DNA of 64,000 nt. Source: Callorhinchus milii (taxonomy: Eukaryota). The notes beneath the pieces are model-generated. The model was not told where the DNA came from. It was given only the letters and a program-made list of their open reading frames with translations, and searched no databases. This document shows positions 38,174-51,500 of this stretch, one piece after another. The position numbers and the translations under genes are program-made. The DNA lies in contig NW_024704742.1 of NCBI RefSeq assembly GCF_018977255.1, positions 131,256,001 to 131,320,000 of the forward strand, written 5' to 3'. Within the stretch, counting starts at the first letter, position 1, and every line of letters starts with the position of its first letter.

Positions 38174-38857
38174 CCTTCAGTCACCAACAGGAGCACAAGG
38201 GTATGTGTGTGAACTCACTCCAACATCAAGGAAACAGAGAGAAAGAGAAAAAAAGATTTTCAATTAGACTGGGAATTAATTAAAAAACTTCAGATGTCTC
38301 AGACCAGGGTTTTAGGATTTTTTGCTTGATACAAAGCTGTCACTCATATCCACCCTCTCTCTCTCGCTCTCTCTCTCTTTCCTCTCCCACTGACCACCAC
38401 AACAGCATTTAAATGCTAATCCAGCCGTGGTGCTTGGTTGCTGATGGACGCAGCTCTTTCTGCTCTGACTTCCTTTCCTGTCCTTCCACCGAGGCTGGAC
38501 CTGAAAAACGTCAGAGGTCTTAAGTGCGGCAGCACTGCTTCTTGTCAGGAGATCTGCAATTTGATGGGTTTCACATGTACCTTTCAAAATACAAGCGTAA
38601 CTTGGAACTGTTACCGTAGCTGACACTATTACACTGACATGTCTCCTCCTGGCATGTCTACCCAAGGCAATAATGATGTGTTTGTGTGTAGTTGTGTGTG
38701 TCTTCGCTCTCTACCTCCAACCACCCCCAACTCCTCATCCATAGACAACAGTGCAAAATCTTTCTACTTTGCACTTTGCACATCAGTTCAAGTTATAATA
38801 ATAATTATCCTTGCATTTGATATAGCGCCTTATCACATCGTTGAGATGTCTCAAAGT

Positions 38858-39085
38858 ATCATAGAATCATAGAATTATACAGCACAGAAGGGGACCAGTC
38901 GTCCCATCGTGTCTGTGCTGGCTCTTTGAAAATAGCTATCCAATTCAATCCCACTCCCCCGCTCTCTCCTCATAGCCCTGTGGACTTGTCCTCCCCAAAT
39001 AATTATCTACTTCTCTCTTAAAAGTTGTTATCGAATCGGCTTCCACCATCCTTTCAGGCAATGCGTTACAGATCCGAACAACTAT
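38858..39085 (-). mobile_element. CR1 3' end
   Basis: (ATCATAGA)2 tail, ACAGCACAGAAGG..CCCATCGTGTCTGTGCTGGCTCTTTG. Confidence 0.8.
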
Positions 39086-39089
39086 CTGA

Positions 39090-41089
39090 TCTGGAAAGAG
39101 AGCTCAAGGATGTCGCAGAGAAACGTTATGACATGATTCATATCACTACCAGCATGGTTGCCAAACAGCTGCGTGAATGTAAAGTAAATAAATCTCAGCG
39201 GCCGGATAAATTGCATCTGAGGATCCTTAAGGAACTAAGGGCGGAAGTCACAGTCGCAGTGGGAATCAGTGGAGGTATATTACAATGGATACACAATTGG
39301 TTGACCAGAATAACCCAGGCGGGGTGGTACAGGACTGTCATCAGACTGGGAAAATGTTACCAGTGGAGTTCCACAAGGGTCCGTTTTGAGACCTTTTTTT
39401 AAAAATATTTTTATAAATGACCTGGAACTATGGGACAAGGAGCCAGTGCAATCTGGCAAAGACTGGGGTAATCGGGGAGTGGAGTTTGGTGCGGGTGAGA
39501 ATGCGGGCAGCAGAGTTTTGAATAATCTGGATTTTATGGATGGTAGTGAAGGGGAGACTGGCGAGGAGGGCATTTGAATAGTCCAGCTGAGAGGTGACAA
39601 AGGCATGGACCAGGGTTTCAGCGGCTTTCAGAGAGAGGTATTGGCAGAGACGGATGATGGGTCGGAGGTGGAAGAAAGCGGTGCTGGTGAGGGACTGGAT
39701 GTGGGGGAGGAAGGATAGTTGGAGGTCGAACCTGATGCCTGACACCCAAACCAGATGTTGGGTTGTATCAAAAGATCAGTAGCAAGCTGAAATAGTGGGG
39801 TAATCCTGCCACTGTATTAATCATTGGTGAGACCATATTTAGAATACTGTGTACAGTTTTGGTCGCCACAGTACAAAAAGGATATTGGAGAAATCGAGAA
39901 GTTACAGAGGAAGGCAACCAAAATGACTGAGGAGCGACTAAGTAAATTGGGTATGTTCATGCTGGAAAATAGCAGATTGAGAGGCGACATGATTGGTGTC
40001 TTTAAGATTCTAAAGATTGCCAGACTCCGCCACTGCCCCACCCCTCAGGCTGCCGAAACCTTCACCCATGCACTCGTCACCTCAAGGCTTGATTATGGGA
40101 ACTCCCTCCTCATCGGCCTTCCCAACTCTTCCCTTCACGAGCTGCAGATCATCCAAAACTCTGCAGCTCGTGTACTCTCATGCACCAGGCTCCGTGACCC
40201 CATCACTCCCACCCTCACCCGACTCCACTGGCTCCCCATCCTTCAGAGGATCGAGTTCAAGAACCTCATCTTTAAGGCCATCCATGGCCTTGCCCCCTCC
40301 TACCTCTCTGACCTGCTGACTCCATACCAACCTGCCCGCTCCCTCTGTTCATCGGGCTCCGGCCTGCTCCATGTCTCCCGCTCGACCCGCCCTACCATCG
40401 GTGGTCAGGCTTTCAGCCTCTCTGCCCCCACACTCTAGAACTCCATCCCACGGTCCCTTTGCCTCGCTTCCTCCCTTGCCTCCTTCAAGGCCGGTCTCAA
40501 GACCCCTCTCTTCAACCTTCGTGCCTTTGGTCTCCCTCCCACCTCTCTGCCTTCCCTCACCCCTACACCACACCTCCCCCATGCTCGGGCCCCGGCATCT
40601 GACTGTTCAGCGCTTTGGGATATCCTCCTGACATGAAAAGCGCTCTATAAATGTAATTTTGTTGTTGTTGTTGTTGTTGTAAAGGGGCAAGACAATATAG
40701 ATCATGACAGGCTGTTTCAACTTGTCCAGATTAGTAAAACCAGAGGACACTACCTGCGATTGAAGGGGTAAATTCAGAACAAATCTATGCAAACACTATT
40801 TCAGTGAGCGAATAGTGAACCTGTGGAACAGGCTCCATAGGGAGACAGTTGAAGCAGGAAGTGTTGATTCTTTCAAACACAGATTAGATAGTTTTCTTTT
40901 AGGAAATAACATTATGGGATATAGTACGTAGGTAGTTTGGGACATATGTGAATGCGACCTCCAGGAAGGTGGAAAGCGAACTTGACTTGGGACGTCCTCC
41001 CGATGTGAAAGGCGCTATACAAATGTAATCTTGTTGTTGTTGTAGATGGACCTTGGACTTTTCTGATCTAGCATTTCTTATATTCTTAT
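39090..41089 (+). mobile_element. CR1 LINE remnant with deletions and three nested L2 pieces
   Basis: [71 protein letters not shown]; (TTCTTAT)2 tail. Confidence 0.9.
40016..40679 (+). mobile_element. L2 3' fragment inserted in CR1
   Basis: [34 protein letters not shown] duplicated at 40011-40015 and 40680-40684. Confidence 0.92.
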
Positions 41090-41738
41090 GTACATGCACT
41101 AGTTGGGCAATTGCCATAGCATTCCTTGTATTTTCGAAGTAAAGTAAAAANTGGGTGAAATATATAGATGCTAAGGCTAAATTAGAGAGAGCAAAAATTA
41201 AAAATAATCCTAGCATTTGATATAGTGCCTTTCACGTCATGATGATGTCTCAAAGAACTTCACAGGAGATACTGTAAAGTGTAGTGACTGTGTTCTTGTA
41301 GGTGAACGTGGCAACGTAGGGCAGAGAGGGAGAGAGAACGAGAAAGAAAAGAGAAGTGGAGAACAACTGAGGTAGAATGAAGTAAATAAAAAGATGTCTC
41401 ATCTCCTCAGTAAATGTAGGGCTTGTTGGCACTCACTTATTATGGGAAAATATCAAACTTTTTGTTGTATGCATATTGCTCGCTCCTTCTCGGTGAATTT
41501 ACTGACCTTATCGTCGGCTTTATAATGGGAAAACAGCGATGTAAGAGCACGCCACAAAGGTCAGTCAATTTACCGACAAGAAGATGATAACCCTCAACGT
41601 GTTTACAATTTCTACCTTTAATTAGATTTTTGAAGCTTTTTTTTTAACAGCGCGAGGATCAATGTTTACAATTATAATCGTGGGCCTGATATTTATTGCT
41701 GTGGTGTTGCAGTGCATTTCTGCAATGCGGTGCAAGGG

Positions 41739-42035
41739 ATAATAATAATAACAATCCTTGGATTTGATATAGCGTCTTATCACGTCTTCCAGACGTCTCA
41801 AAGCGCTTCACAGAATATACTGTAACGTGAATTGATTATATGTTGAGTGGGCAAAATGCGTCAGGCAATTGCAGTGTCCCACACATAGTCGTGGATTAAG
41901 TGACCACACATTTTTTTAAAAGGATTATTACCCCCGGAAAGTGACACACCAATTGATGAACAACTAGGTTGCTGCTTACTGCTCGGTAAATAGAAGCATG
42001 TAGAATAAGGAAACTTTCCTAATGTTTCGCCCTGA
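41739..42035 (-). mobile_element. Family-2 tRNA-SINE, long form, head truncated
   Basis: Tail and central segment match other copies. Confidence 0.8.
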
Positions 42036-44809
42036 AACTAAGCTGAAGACGGGTAAAAGACTTGCGAAGCTGAGACTTTGAACTCGCAGTCTAGGCTGAC
42101 ACAATCCAGAGAGCTGTGGGGTAGAGTTGCATTGTCAGAAGCGCCATTCTTCAGACAAGTTGTTAAATCGAGGTCATGACGGCTTGTTCCGGGGGACTTT
42201 AAAATACGACTTGAAAAGCAACAACAACAACTTACATAGTGCCTTTCACATCGGGACAACATCCCAAGGCACTGGACAGTCAGGGATTTGGACCAAAGGA
42301 CCAAAGGAAAGCGAGTTTCTCACCCTTTGGTGTCTGGCTAACAATCCCCCAAATAAAATTGGTCACTCACTTCATGGCTGTTATGGTTCATTGCTGTGTG
42401 TAAATTGGTTGCTGTGCTCATCTATGAAACACACAGTCATTACACTTCATAGTAAATTCTGTGAAGCAATTTGAGATGTCCCAAACACAAAATAAGGTGC
42501 TGTATCAAATGCAATTTTTAAAAAAATACTGAACGAGATCATCCTCCAAGCTTAGAATACTACTTATTTTCCTGCAAATAATATTCAACCATGCAACACA
42601 CAGGAAGAGACTTCAGTGGCAACCTGACATCCGGTGGCCATTTTCTTTTTACACCACCAAATGTAACACAGGTTCTGAGTTTAAGGACTCAAACCACCAC
42701 GTTGTATATGGGTGTTGGCCTGCATTCACTTTGCAGATATCACCATACAGTCACTGATTTAGATGGCTTTGAAGCTGGCACTGGATGCAACAAAAAGGTT
42801 GGAAAACATCCCACCACTGACCTTGATAAATATATAAACTCACCAGTAACTAAATAACTTAATAAATAGCTGTGTCAGTTTAGACAGCCTGCCTGTGTAG
42901 CGCTGTATTGTCACACACTAACTGTTACATCTCTTACTAGCTGGAACGGTTGGATAGATGTGAGCTCATGTCTAAAGGTTCCCCATTTGCTAAAGTACTG
43001 AAGTATGTGGGAATTTCTCATGTTTCCTCACATACACTGGCCCTTTGATGCTTTCGCAAACCATATCACCACTAAAAGTGAACATTAAAATAGTTAAGAT
43101 ATCAGCTTGACCCAACTGGTAGCACTGTTGCCTCTGGGTCAGAAGGTTGAGGGTTCAAACCCCCCCCCACCCCAGTGCACAGCATTTTTGGAGGTGCATT
43201 TTTAAAGGAACCATGGCACTATTCAAAAGGAAAATGGAGTTTCTGCCAGTGTCCTGGCCAACGATCCCTCGGATTAAAAAGAAACTTCATGGCTGTTTTT
43301 CGGACATTGCTGTGCACAAATTGGCTGCTGTGTTCACCTACAAAATACACAGTCACTGCACATTACAGTTAATCCCGTGGAGGGCTCGGAGACATCCTCC
43401 TGATGCAAGGACGATAATTATTATCCATTATTACCCTGGCACTTTGAAGATTTCACAAGCTATATCACGGATGAAAGTGAATATTACAGCCTTAACTATT
43501 AAATATCACATTGCTCGGCAGAGGGAGTGGTTGACAAGGACAGATGTTCTGTCTGTGTACTGTAAAACACCAAAGAGAAATCTTCTTAACCTTCAAAGAA
43601 AGGTTCTGGTAAATGCAGCACAAATGGTCAACAATTAATTTTCCATTTTAGTCAGCAAAAAAAAAATATGTTCAATGATTGCTTAATGATGTCCATCACT
43701 GCCCTACGTGCGTACTGAGCGGAAGGCAGGTCCCAAGGCCTGCTGATATCCATTGCCTAGATTTAAGGTTGTTTGTGGGTCCAAGCCCCACGTCAGGACT
43801 TTAAACTCACACAGTCTAGGCTGACACTTCAATGCAGTCCTGGGGGAGCAATGTACTGATGGAGGTGCTGTCCTTTGGATGAGACATTAAACCTGAGGTC
43901 CCGTCTGCCTGTTCAGATGAACGTCAAAGATTCTGTGGCACTATTTGTTTCTCTCTGTGTCCTGACCAACAATCCCCCAGATAAAAATAAATGTCAGTTC
44001 CACTTACCTGCCTTTTCTCTGTACCCCTGCAGTTTGAATAGATATTTATTAAGTAAGGATATTAAGGGATATGGGGCAAGGCCAGGTAACTGGACTTGAG
44101 GTGCAGATCAACCATGAGCTTAGAAGGTCAGGCTCGAGGGGCTGAATAGCCTATTCCTGTTTTTATGTTTACTCCTCTTTAGATATACAGCTTAGTGCAG
44201 AAGCCCCCTGAGAAATAGCAATGTGATTCCCCAGGAAATAAAATAGAGTTTCAAATGTCTAAGAAGATCACAGGAACACATACCCAAAGCCTGGAGCGTG
44301 ACCAGTCACACTTTTATCAATAGCTTTTGAAAAGTGCAATTTTTCTTTCATAAACACAGTGTAATTGTACCTTTTTAAAATTGGGTCCTAATGGTGGTGG
44401 TGAGGAGGGCTTTTGATGAAATCCTACGTAAATCCATAACACGTTTAACAAAGGTTTGGAATTGCAATAGAGCATTTCATAACAAATTCGATGTGATAAT
44501 TATCATGTTTGGGCTTAACCTTTAAGACCGAATCTGAATGTTGTTCATATCTGCAGACAAGGTAATCCACAGCACATTATTATCCAAGTTAATTAACACA
44601 TCGCAAGTTGCTATTTTAACCCTTACTGTTTTAAATTCCTCCTGATGCTGATGGGAACGGCAATGAACATTTCGCAGTGAGAGGGTTAAGGTGAGCCGAC
44701 CAGTCTAGCAATGCCTCACCATTCATCATACAAAATGCCAACATCCCCAGTGAACTGCTACTGAGTTCTAGCTTTCATTTTCTCCATTGTTTTACACCCC
44801 TCCTCTCCT

Positions 44810-45000
44810 GACGGCAAGAACTCACGCTGGCGCAGTTTGCCTCCAGGGTCCAATGTCAAGTGGCTTCCGTCCTGTGGGAGGCCAGAAAGTGAGCGCTGGC
44901 AGGGTATTAATCCGCGTTGGCATCACAGCCGTGCACAACTCACACGCACTTCCCAGCAGGAGCCACTTGATAGCCATCGGAAGCTGATGTATCCTGTTTT
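44810..45000 (-). mobile_element. Ancient SINE remnant resembling AmnSINE2-type sequence
   Basis: Antisense GCTATCAAGTGGCTCCTGCTGGGAAGTGCGTGTG..GGCTGTGATGCC..CCTGCCAGCGCTCAC..GCCACTTG matches my recollection of this family; the family name is not verified. Confidence 0.5.
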
Positions 45001-45115
45001 GCTAATCCAGTTGGTGCCAGGTATGAGATGTCAGCCTGGCTCACTCTCTTCTCTGAGTCAGATGACTGTGGGTTTGAGCCCCAAATTGAGGATTTCAAAC
45101 TCACATTGTCCAGGC

Positions 45116-45119
<4 letters not shown>

Positions 45120-45150
<31 letters not shown>

Positions 45151-45609
45151 ATAACATAGCGCCTTATCACATTGTCGAGACTTCTCAAAGCGCTTCACAG
45201 AATATATTGTAAAGTGGATTGACTGTGGATTTTATAGGCGAATGTTTATATTTAATAGTTAATATATTTGACAGTTAAGGAATATTCCAGCCCGTTAGCA
45301 CATAGCAACGTCCCACAAACAGCTATGAAGTGAATGATCAATTTTATCTTCGGGACTGTTGGCCAGAACATCAGGAGGAATTCTCTTCTCTTTTTGAATA
45401 GTGCCATGGGATCTTCAACATATTAAACAGGCAGATTGGACCTCGGGTTACCATCTCATCCGAGAGACGGCACCTCCGATTATGCAGCACACCTCCAGCA
45501 ATGCACTGGAGTGTCAGCCTGGACTGTGAGCTCAGTCTCGACCTGGGGCTTGAAACCACAACCTTTCCACTGAGAGGCGAGAGTATTACTAATTGAGCCA
45601 GGCTGACAC
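45120..45609 (-). mobile_element. Full-length family-1 Deu-domain tRNA-SINE
   Basis: (TAA)n tail through Deu core to head TGAGCCAGGCTGACAC; inserted beside a + strand SINE head at 45029-45118. Confidence 0.9.
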
Positions 45610-47471
45610 CAAATATGACCTATGAGCGCTGAAAGACTGAGACCTCCCTGCAGACTTGTAATAATAAATTTATACATAATTAAACATAATTTTCCAGTAA
45701 GCCTTTTCCCTGGACTGACGGCATCTTCACAGACTCTCCTGACCTTTAAGATGAAATATGCAAGAGTCATGACTTCACAAGATATTTATTTCCATGCAGC
45801 TTCTTCTCAGTTGACGAGGAAAAAAGGATGACTAGGCTTTGCCGTGAAATGAAGTGCGCAAAATATTGAGAGCACTCCCTATCACACCTCTCCCCCCACC
45901 CACCATACCTATTACACCCCCTCTCCCATGGAGATTGTCATCACTAAAATAATAACATTTGAATTGTTTGAGGGACTAATTTGGGGGTCTAATTGTTTGG
46001 GGATCTATTTCTTAATAGCATTCCTTCATAAGGAATTCCCGAATAAGGAATCCCTTTACATTTCCTGTTAACCCACAGGAACTCCGCTGCGAAGAAATAT
46101 TGCACTGAGATGAAATTCCCACAAGTTAACATACGTACTTCCGGTTACAGAACAAATCTCTCTTTTTGCATAACTCGCATTCATTATTAAGGAATCCAGC
46201 TAAGACATACTGCAAGCTAGAGCTCAGCTTGACAGGAGATGTCTTCCGATGCTATATCAAATGCAAGCGTTATCTTAATTCTAACCCCCAGCTCGGGTGC
46301 AAACTCTGAACAGTCCAGCGCCTTGGGACATCCTACCAACGTGAAAGGTGTTATATAAATATAATTTGTTGCTGTTGTTGATAACATTTCGAACGCTTTA
46401 CAATTATGGGGTTGAGCAAGAGAGAAGGGGAATAGAGAGGGAATGGTGGAGGGAAGGGGGGAATGGGGAAGAGGGAGGCACCAAAATGCCCCAGAAGATA
46501 TGTGATTTGTAAAGATAGAGAGGGGGTGAGACAGGAAAGGCAGAGGGCATGAATTTAAAAGGTTAGGAGTAGTAGCTGGAAGACTGCTGTAGCTGAAGCA
46601 TAAGAGGACAACTGGCACTTGTAGAACAGTGCTCCAGTGGAATAAAAAGACGACAAATGCCTTCACTAGAGGAGGGAATGAAAGACGTCTGTGATGGGAA
46701 TTGACAAGCGAGGGGGAGAAAGATATCTATCAATAAATTTAATAACTTTGACAAATCATAAAAAAATCCTGACAACCAGCACATATGTAAAGCCAGACAA
46801 TTAATGAATAAAGTCTGCCAGAGACAATATCTGCTGATAAGTTCGGTGACTCATTTGTTTGACTTCTGGACACTTTGTAGATTTGAGCCTCAATTTGAGC
46901 CGCTATATATCGACCATTTTTCAGAACGAGTTGGCAGAAGGCTAGCCTTGTCCAGTTGGGGCTTGTAATGTTCCCTGCCAGCTCACTGCAGGATTGAGTG
47001 ACAATTTTTTTAAGGTTTTAAATATTTTAAGGTTTTAGATTTGCCGTGTGACAAATGATAATTATAAACACGTAAAGGATAGATTGCTGGTGCTAACGTT
47101 CATCAAGTGTTAGACCCCAGTGATGTAGATGCTGAAATGTGGACTAATGCAGCAGATATGTTTAGTTTATTGGTCACTGGGTGTCTTACTGTCCCGCACT
47201 AAGTGGCTATTCTTCATGTGTGAGATTAGACAGAGGGATCAATCGTACACCGATTGCTAAAAGTAGATGAAAGTTGTGCCAAAATGCTGTGATTTATTAT
47301 TCAAACCTGTGCAGACGATTGCAGTGTTTGATCCCCACGGCGGTCAGATTTGTCATGTGGGCAACAAATATTAGATGTCAGCCTGGCTCAGTGGATAGCA
47401 CTCTCGTCTCTAGGTCAGAAGTTTGTGGGCTCAAGTCCCGGGCTTGGGGTTCATTGACCAGGCTGACACTC

Positions 47472-48560
47472 CACAACAAAAAAAATTACATTTGTATAAC
47501 GCCTTTCACGTTGGGAGGATGTCCCAAGGTGCTGGACAATCAGTGTTTCAGAACCTAGCTGGGGGTCGGGATCGGGGAGGGTGGAGGGCAGGGGAGAAGG
47601 AAGGTGACCGAAAGCACAGTCAAAGATGAGGGTCTTGAAGGAGGCAAGGGAGGGGGCGAGGCAGAGGGACTGCGGGATGGAGTTCCAGAGCATGGGGGCA
47701 GAGTGGCAGAAGGCCTGGCCGTCAATTGTGTGGCGGGCGAGGTGGGGGATGTGAAGCAGGCCAGAGCCCACTGAGCAGAGGGCGCGGGCAGGTTGATAGG
47801 GTGTTAGGAGGTTGCAGAGGTAGGGGGGAGCAAGGCCATGGAGGGCTTTGAAAGTGAGTACCAGAATCTTGAACTGTATCCTCTGTGTGATGGGAAGACA
47901 GTGAAGTCGGGCGAGGATGGGGGTGATAGGGTTGCAGAGCCTGGTGCGGGAGAGGACACGGGCTGCAGAGTTCTGGATTATCTGCAGCCTATGGAGGGAG
48001 GAGTTGGGGCGGCTAACAACAACAACTTGGATTTATATAACACCCTCCACACCGGACGGCGTCTCAGAGCGCTTTACAGTAACGGATCTCGGGGCCGAGC
48101 CAGGGGGAGGGGGAGGAAGGTGACCAAAGGCGCGGTCGAAAAGAGAGGTCTTCAGTAGAGACCTGAAAATGGGAAGGGAGGGAGCGAGACGAAGGGAGTG
48201 AGGAAGGCAGTTCCAGAGCCTCGGGGCATAGTGACTGAAGGCACGGCCGCCGATGGTGGAGCGGAGGACTTGGGGGAGGAGCAAGAGGCCAGACCCAGAG
48301 GAACAAAGGCAACGGGTACTGTTTTGAGGAGAGAGGTAGGGGGTGCAGAGGAGTGCAGGGACTTGAACACAAGGGTGAGGATACAAGCAGGGAGTTTGCG
48401 TAGTTGAGCCTGGATGTTATGAATGTGGTATGAGAGTCTCGGTGGCCTGCGGTGAGAGACAGTGGTGAAGTCGGGTGATGTTGCGGAGGTGGGGGAAGGC
48501 AGAGTGGGTCATGGCATGGATATGGGGTAGAAAGGACAGTTGAGGGTCAAACAAGGTTCC
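47472..48560 (-). mobile_element. L2 fragment containing a nested L2 of a second subfamily (48020-48382), inserted in a SINE head (47378-47471)
   Basis: Two different terminal hairpins; ACAA repeated at 48016-48019 and 48383-48386; host L2 is collinear with 34860-34990 after removal. Confidence 0.88.
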
Positions 48561-51500
48561 GGACTGACTCGGTTAGGTGGGTTCCTACTTACTGCTAGGA
48601 AAACAGAGGTGTATGGATTAAGGAAGCTTGTCTAACGTTTCTCCCTGCTTGGGAATCGAACCCGGGACCCCTCGCATACGAGGTGAGTGCTCTAACCAAT
48701 ACCCGGCAAGACTCTTTTATGTTTTGTAATGCCCACCCTGAACTGAAAGGCGCTGTACCGAATGCAAGACTTATTTTATCATTTCTTTATTATTGAGAAA
48801 AATGTAAGTGTTTCCGCATAAAGTTGAGTTATACCTAATAGGTTCGGGCACACAAAGACATTATACATTAATCTGACGCAGACGTATTTTTTTTAATTGT
48901 CGACATCATTTGGATTGGTGTTTCCATTCTTACAGAGATCATTTCAGTCTCCTGCATAGCACAAGGTAGCAGGCTGGGGGTGCTATAGAATCACAGAATG
49001 GTACAAAGTTTACAGCACAGGAGGAGGCCATTTGCCCCCATTGTGTCCGTGCTGTCGCTGATCACCCACTGCAGCTCTCTGCTCTGATGCCATGACCCTG
49101 TTCTTTCCACATCCCCTTTAATATTATTTTCTCCCCCCTCACATACTTAGCCAATTGCCTTTTAAATGCTTATATGAACTTGGCTTTGGCAGCTCTTTAT
49201 GCATAGTAAGGCATTCTGCGTTCTAATAATAAGTCTCTGCGTAAAAATAAATCTTTTGACTGCTGCCTTATTTCTTCTGCATCATACTTTATAATGATAA
49301 TATATAATAATCCCTGCATTTGATATAGTGCCTTAACACATTGTTGAGACGTCTCAAAGCGCTTCATAGAATATATTGTAAAGGGGATTGACTGTGTATT
49401 TTGTGGGTGAAGTGCGGCAGCCAATTCTGCACATCAGTGTCCCACAAACAGTACCATGGATTGACTGACCAAAATTTGTTTATATATGGGGTATTTTATA
49501 TTATATATAATAGAAAATTAGGTATATGTATATATAATATATATATTATATTATATATATATTATATATATCTTTGTTTATAAATATTTGAGTATGGATG
49601 GGGGACTGTTCCCCAGCGTTGCTGGGACGTTCATCTTACTGTTACGTTACTTTACTGCAACTTCTACAAGGAACTGGGATCATCATCTGCAAAGTCCCAC
49701 TGAGAGCCAAGGCTGTTTCTCCCAGTATCCTGGTCACGTCCCCTCCCCTCCCCAGTCCCCGAACCCCAATAAAATTAGTCATTCACTTAGCAGCTGTTGG
49801 TCGGAGATTGCTGTGACCAACTTGGCTGTTGCGTTTGCCTGCGAAATACAGTCACTATTCTCGCAGTATATCCTGTGAAGCACTTTGAGATGTTTCAGAG
49901 ACATAAGGAGCTATATCAACTGCAAGAAAAGCTTTGTATTAATAATGTTGGCTTGGCCACCTGAGTTTTATGCTATGTTATACAAATTGATTCCAATGGG
50001 GGCAAAATGCTCTCTAGTCCTGCAGGCTATGGTTTTTTTGCTGCTCTAAGTTTGCAATGGGATATTCCCATTCCAAAGGTACACTATCAAATTGGTCACT
50101 TTGAGATGTTTCAGAGACATAAGGCACAATTGGTACAGTGAATTTTTGGGCAACAGTATTGAAAATTATCCTGAAATTATCACAAAAGCAGTCAAACAGA
50201 GATGCTATTGTGTAGGCCGTGCTAAGATCTTCGGATCAAAGTGGTCCTGCTAAAACCTCTGTAATCTTAAAATTAGATCAGGAAACATCTCTTCACCCAG
50301 AAAGCGCCATGAAAGTGTAGAACCCACTGTGTTCAGAAGAGATTCGATTGCGATATTTAAAAGGGGAGTCCGACAGATACTGCACTTGTGAAGTAAGGAT
50401 GTTTAGAGATTAAAGGGAAAAAATTGAAACATAGGATTAAAAGATCTGCCGTGATCTAATAATAGCGAAGCCAGTTTCTCCTGGTGTCCTGGCCAACAAT
50501 CCCCCAAATAGCATTTGTCCATTTGCTTCACAGCTGTTTGCGGGGCATTGTCACGTACAAAACTGGCCTGCAAATTTGCGTGCAAAATATTCCAATCACT
50601 GCACTTTCCAGTATATCCTGTGAAGCACTTTAAGATGTCCTCCTGATGTGGAAGGTGCTGTATAAAATGTAAGGATTATTATTGTTATTAATACACTGGC
50701 AGAAGAGATTTGAATGGCTGTATCTGTTCCTGGGTCTTTTGCATTTAAAGGGGAAGTCCAAGCAATGCCCCTTTTTACTTAATTCCCTCCATTTTACCCC
50801 CCCCTTTTCTCCCATCCTGAAGATAATGATATGATGTAGGGAGTAGGATTGCATGAGTGTGTGCTGACAGTCCCAGGCATATCGCTAACTACCCCTTCTT
50901 TGTGTGAGAGCCAAGGCAGGGAGCCACTGAACGCTGCATCGAACAAAATTTGTCATTGCCGGTAATCTCATTGGACGTTCAAACATGTCCCCAGAAATTC
51001 TGTCTGACAATTAATTGTGCAGCTCGACAGCGCTGTTCAAGGGGCTGCCGTGGTCACCCAACCTTCAGAACAATGGGCTTCCTGGGTCAGGAGCAGGTGA
51101 CCTGCTGGCCCCGAGGGGAAGCTGAGGAATTGACAAGGAAACAAATTGACTGAATGGATGAACACCTCCATCATCCTGTCCTCCTACAAGCTACTCCCAG
51201 CCTTTGCTGTGCTCGAGCCAACCTCAGCCTTTCTCCTCAGAGGCACCAGGCCTTTCGACCAGAGCTGTTGGGAGCCATTGTTCGTGGGCGCCTGGAAGTC
51301 ACTGATAACACTATCCCGGGCACCGATGGCAAGACCGAACAATCTACTTTGAATCACAATTGCAAGCGTTGCGTGCAAACACACAATGGAACTAACAGAA
51401 GGGAACGTGCTGCTCCATGTCTGGTTCAGGCGCACCACTTGTTTCTGCTACGTCTCGTTCTCCCTCAGCAGCATGCAAGCTTTGTACGTCCGTCCACAAC

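Noticed and set aside
38410..38520. Possible minus-strand exon after TTTTTCAG
   Set aside because: No convincing donor site and no recognisable peptide
39824..40438. 204-aa ORF that looks like a novel fusion protein
   Set aside because: Chance in-frame junction of CR1 ORF2 and an inserted L2 fragment (TSD TAAAG); no evidence of a gene
41151..41151. Single N base
   Set aside because: Assembly ambiguity, not a biological feature
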